The notes under the pieces are model-generated. The model was not told where the DNA came from, did no database searches, and saw nothing but the letters and a program-made list of their open reading frames with translations. The position numbers were made by a program, and so were the translations under genes. Below, one piece after another: positions 61,801 through 64,000 of a stretch of 64,000 nt of DNA; positions within the stretch are counted from its first letter, which is position 1; each line of letters begins with the position of its first letter. Source of the DNA: Opitutaceae bacterium (GTDB lineage Bacteria; Verrucomicrobiota; Verrucomicrobiia; Opitutales; Coraliomargaritaceae); assembly GCA_051252375.1 (NCBI GenBank), contig JBPOFY010000004.1, positions 192,001 through 256,000 on the forward strand. Reading direction: 5' to 3'.

Positions 61801-62352
61801 GCTAGCCTTCTAGGCTACCGCATCACCGCTAAATTCGTCCGCATCTTCTTCGGTCGCGTCTTCAATAATCCAGAGACTGTGCTCAGTGAAGAAATGCTCA
61901 AACCTGAGCTACAGGACATGGATACCTTCATCGAAGGCATGGAAACCATCGAAGCCGCCCACAAGCAAGCGGCCATGAATTACTTCGAGGACAATTCCAT
62001 TGAGCAAGCCTGCCCGCCGCTCAAAGCGCTACTCCATATCATGGTGCATGGTCAATACGAAGGAAAGACCCTGCAGGACCCAGAAGTCCGCGGTCTCTTT
62101 ACTCGCGAGTCGATGCTGCAAAGCGATTGGTATCAAGAGCGACTAGTCAGCCAACAAAAGAGCGACATGAAGGCATGGGCTCAACATGTCGATTACCTTG
62201 GCTCTTACCTCTCCAAAAGCACACACAGCGCGGTAGCCAAACGACTCAACGTAGAAGCACGTCTAACCGCAGCCCGTGAGCAATTAGACAAAGTCAGTTC
62301 GAAGAAATACACCGATTCACTCGTCGGCACCATCGGACGCCAACCGATTTAA
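58897..62352 (+). CDS. Probable pyrophosphate-dependent phosphoenolpyruvate carboxykinase
   Basis: About 1150 aa; GVLHNPKSDRRTTKGVFHV, ADNYFGYCKKE, EEEHAGG, HKPCTVSGGGKSEISK motifs recalled from the PPi-PEPCK family. Confidence 0.8.
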   Translation: MEFKTQLGLDPETAASTHDEQALLEYVNLKLTSIGQPVFGDITDSEFFGLSKSLLDSYQEKSRLLADYLPPCDQRIQSFLMEYFDDLEIEDIPHLPNNTLILDRHGVARTLSLPAKGDHFSSDIIDSYRIEQGVLHNPKSDRRTTKGVFHVTEGGLPIPNDKKAVPKIAAARLFKKALTTAPDSLTTLPFLANEDESAKAWVSLLLRPVVVPEVDGFTKEKSMEVRFFAPGNMVSNLDFVESIFGNAGDPFIADNDAGLAPENWTGTSGCVILAPHLMGTTKIELGLPHVSEATDRQKRDGMCWEKEDELYNDGGAFKITCRDESGRIVTAIADNYFGYCKKEVKTQIGFSANLHGLAEEEHAGGTLAFTGYDLGEDFQLSQYYPEVDQTFNGIVARYSDRIDVMPEGYAVDKTYKDILYLPEDSQIELNNQTITWSKDGAEQKIKLLPNITYVLPSGYKVQMMQPAAGRRWRLVGYTAESRVCHKPCTVSGGGKSEISKPITDAIISGPVFVSDFEKDFDLAEEIINYEYGERFSDTSKNRPKGRPLLGKARSLGSVIKLLTPSKSDYNETYNAWLKSIPQHVKELVLIIKRFYKEDWGTDWRKRFTVDLINGEPGNILRYREQQMLTQYLRIGYTSEGAWRTFGLRKDFIPAAKISLEDDITASTVAPSSCIKSLPVDWDAPSAKFVFNCEYRFFQRPDDAVIRGYDHQAEKDLSSAGSFLSNYEPLDAEHGKNEIEDAIRFGQYTQPMQDMVTNFVQAPHSDYYATPAYPRMVDGKPTKNPRYLQVRPDLKDKRSLYLADISSRLYRRQDSQSPLLRPVTSILPGRRNNPAEPEAGVKPLCTFSPIHHMELPELFMEFIASITGKSPSTTGAGSEGALTKGPFNALLPIYDMNNALVSYLATEQPAFITAAGYVGPKFRVDHDISLLVPEIWCRLKPNETDPKWLLQHGYLEKIEDFEHEGKVVKASLLGYRITAKFVRIFFGRVFNNPETVLSEEMLKPELQDMDTFIEGMETIEAAHKQAAMNYFEDNSIEQACPPLKALLHIMVHGQYEGKTLQDPEVRGLFTRESMLQSDWYQERLVSQQKSDMKAWAQHVDYLGSYLSKSTHSAVAKRLNVEARLTAAREQLDKVSSKKYTDSLVGTIGRQPI

Positions 62353-62361
62353 AGACAGCCG

Positions 62362-63036
62362 CTATCGCTGCTGTTGGTGAATGGCATGCGTCCAGTCCAG
62401 CCCGCCCTTATGCTTTACAATGCCTTTCTGCAATGCAAAGCGTAAGAGGCTGGCCTCGTCTGACAGATTTAACTTCTTCATCGTGTTTTGCTTATGGCGA
62501 CGCACAGTGAATGCAGTGATCCCTAATTGATCCGCGATCTCTTCCTGAGAATGTCCCTGTGCAATCGCTCGCACGACTTGAAACTCAAGATTCGAAAGCA
62601 CTTTATAATAAGCATTCGGGTCCTCCCAAAGCTGAGCGATGATTTTCTGCGCGTTCACTGAGTAATACACATGCCCAGCTGAAACCTCATTAAAAGCTGC
62701 GAAAAGCACTTCAAAAGTCATTTCGCGCTTATCCACAAAACCCAAAATGCCACTGCGATTGACTTCTCTCACAGAATACTCATCGCACTCACTAGACAGC
62801 GCCAAGACACGTGTATTCGGCTTCGCTTCAAGTATACGGCGGGCCAAATTAAGACCATCTAGCCGCGGCAACATTAGGTCTAGGACAACAAAATCAAACT
62901 CGCCAGTGTTAAAGAGTGACCACCCTTCTTCACCATCGTTAGCCTCTGTCACCTCGACGAAGTCAAACTCACGAATCAAAATACTCGCGAGCAATTCACG
63001 AACTAATTCTTCGTCTTCTACTATAAGCGCCCTCAT
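62362..63036 (-). CDS. NarL/FixJ family response regulator
   Basis: LIVEDE...LDLMLP receiver; LSNLEFQVV...EIADQL...TVRRHK LuxR HTH. Confidence 0.9.
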   Translation of the reverse strand: MRALIVEDEELVRELLASILIREFDFVEVTEANDGEEGWSLFNTGEFDFVVLDLMLPRLDGLNLARRILEAKPNTRVLALSSECDEYSVREVNRSGILGFVDKREMTFEVLFAAFNEVSAGHVYYSVNAQKIIAQLWEDPNAYYKVLSNLEFQVVRAIAQGHSQEEIADQLGITAFTVRRHKQNTMKKLNLSDEASLLRFALQKGIVKHKGGLDWTHAIHQQQR

Positions 63037-63120
63037 TAACCTTTATTTTATTTCAAAACACCGCCAAGTAGCGAGTCATTTGTCCTTTAAGTTCTCTCTT
63101 GATTAAAATTTACTTATAAA

Positions 63121-63849
63121 ATGAGCCCTTCAAACGATGAAGCACGCACTGCGCCCCAAAAGAACGACAAGCAACCACTCAGTCGTCTTTTGAAGCACAA
63201 GGAAATACTTATCGCCGACGATATGGTTTTTAATCGCTACATCAATAAGGAGATCGTGCGGCAGCTAGGTGGCACTTCCACCGAGGTCAATAACGGCAAA
63301 GATGCACTAAAGTGCTTACTGAAGAGGGATTACGATATCGCGATGTTCGACATCAATATGCCGCATATGGATGGCACAGCAGTTGTCGCTAATTTCTTAT
63401 CCACAAACCCCATCCATTGCCCTCTGTTCATCGCACTTAGCGCATCCCATTCAACGGAAACCGAAGCCACATGCCTACAATACGGCTTCAAATACTTCAT
63501 CGAAAAGCCGCTAGAACTCTCGAAACTCACCAAGATCTTAGCTCCAGAAAGGGCACAAAATACCCAGGACCTACTCCAATACCTCGAACAGTCTGCGCCG
63601 AATTCAGGGATTACAGCGCGAGAACGTTACCGAAGTGCTTTTCTCGAGGAACTAAAACAACTGCGTAACGCATACCAGCAGAAGTCACTGAGTAGCATAC
63701 AAACCTCGCTGCATAAACTCATCGGTTTAGCACAAATTAGTCGTAACGATACCGTGATTCAGGCATTGGCAGCACTCTCTGAGCAAAAAAAGACCCCCCA
63801 TACTACAGAGAGCCTGCAACTCTGCGATCAAATCGAAGCAGAGCTATAA
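63121..63849 (+). CDS. Receiver plus HPt-like domain protein
   Basis: LIADDM...FDINMP...EKP receiver; C-terminal SLHKLIGLA resembles the HPt HxLKG motif. Confidence 0.7.
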   Translation: MSPSNDEARTAPQKNDKQPLSRLLKHKEILIADDMVFNRYINKEIVRQLGGTSTEVNNGKDALKCLLKRDYDIAMFDINMPHMDGTAVVANFLSTNPIHCPLFIALSASHSTETEATCLQYGFKYFIEKPLELSKLTKILAPERAQNTQDLLQYLEQSAPNSGITARERYRSAFLEELKQLRNAYQQKSLSSIQTSLHKLIGLAQISRNDTVIQALAALSEQKKTPHTTESLQLCDQIEAEL

Positions 63850-64000
63850 TTCAGCTCCACCAGATCGCAGCACGCGGAACAATTCTTCCAATTTGCGGTG
63901 ATCTTTGACCCCAGGTGCACTTTCTACACCGCTATTCACATCTAGATGGCTCGCACCCGTTGCTTCGATCGCAGCCAAAATATTCTCGGGATTCAGACCT
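63844..64000 (-). CDS. trpF: Phosphoribosylanthranilate isomerase, C-terminal part (runs off the window; not in the ORF track)
   Basis: Minus strand reads GLNPENILAAIEATGASHLDVNSGVESAPGVKDHRKL...*. Confidence 0.85.
   Translation of the reverse strand, partial: GLNPENILAAIEATGASHLDVNSGVESAPGVKDHRKLEELFRVLRSGGAEL

Overview
A gene-dense bacterial chromosomal window. A PEP-CTERM protein, a lamin-tail/CotH surface protein and the REP-like repeats suggest a Verrucomicrobiota (Opitutia-like) genome; this taxonomy is inference. Most of it is housekeeping or envelope genes: dgt, cstA, ychF, system II cytochrome c biogenesis, xerC, parA, PPi-PFK, hemF-hemE-hemY, aroC, a beta-barrel/OPX/Wzc polysaccharide-export trio, hisC, dnaE, tig-clpP-clpX, hpt, a probable PPi-dependent PEP carboxykinase and a partial trpF. 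The main accessory element is an arsenic-resistance operon at 2.8-8.7 kb (arsR, ArsP-like permease, arsC, ArsJ-type GAPDH, arsJ, acr3). Reading the raw sequence there shows two things missing from the ORF track: a 57-aa gene with two vicinal Cys pairs bracketed by REP-like hairpins, and a frameshifted aquaporin (NPA) remnant right after acr3. The best candidate for an undescribed system is a divergent pair of exported SipW/SEC11-like S26 peptidase paralogues next to a NarL-type regulator. The palindrome between them recurs upstream of two other surface-protein genes in the window. Also notable are a Wzc with a second, N-terminal Gly-Tyr cluster, a possible stand-alone subtilase pro-domain and a small ribbon-helix-helix-like ORF. 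I saw no CRISPR array, tRNA, rRNA or intact mobile element. All calls are by motif recognition; no searches were run.
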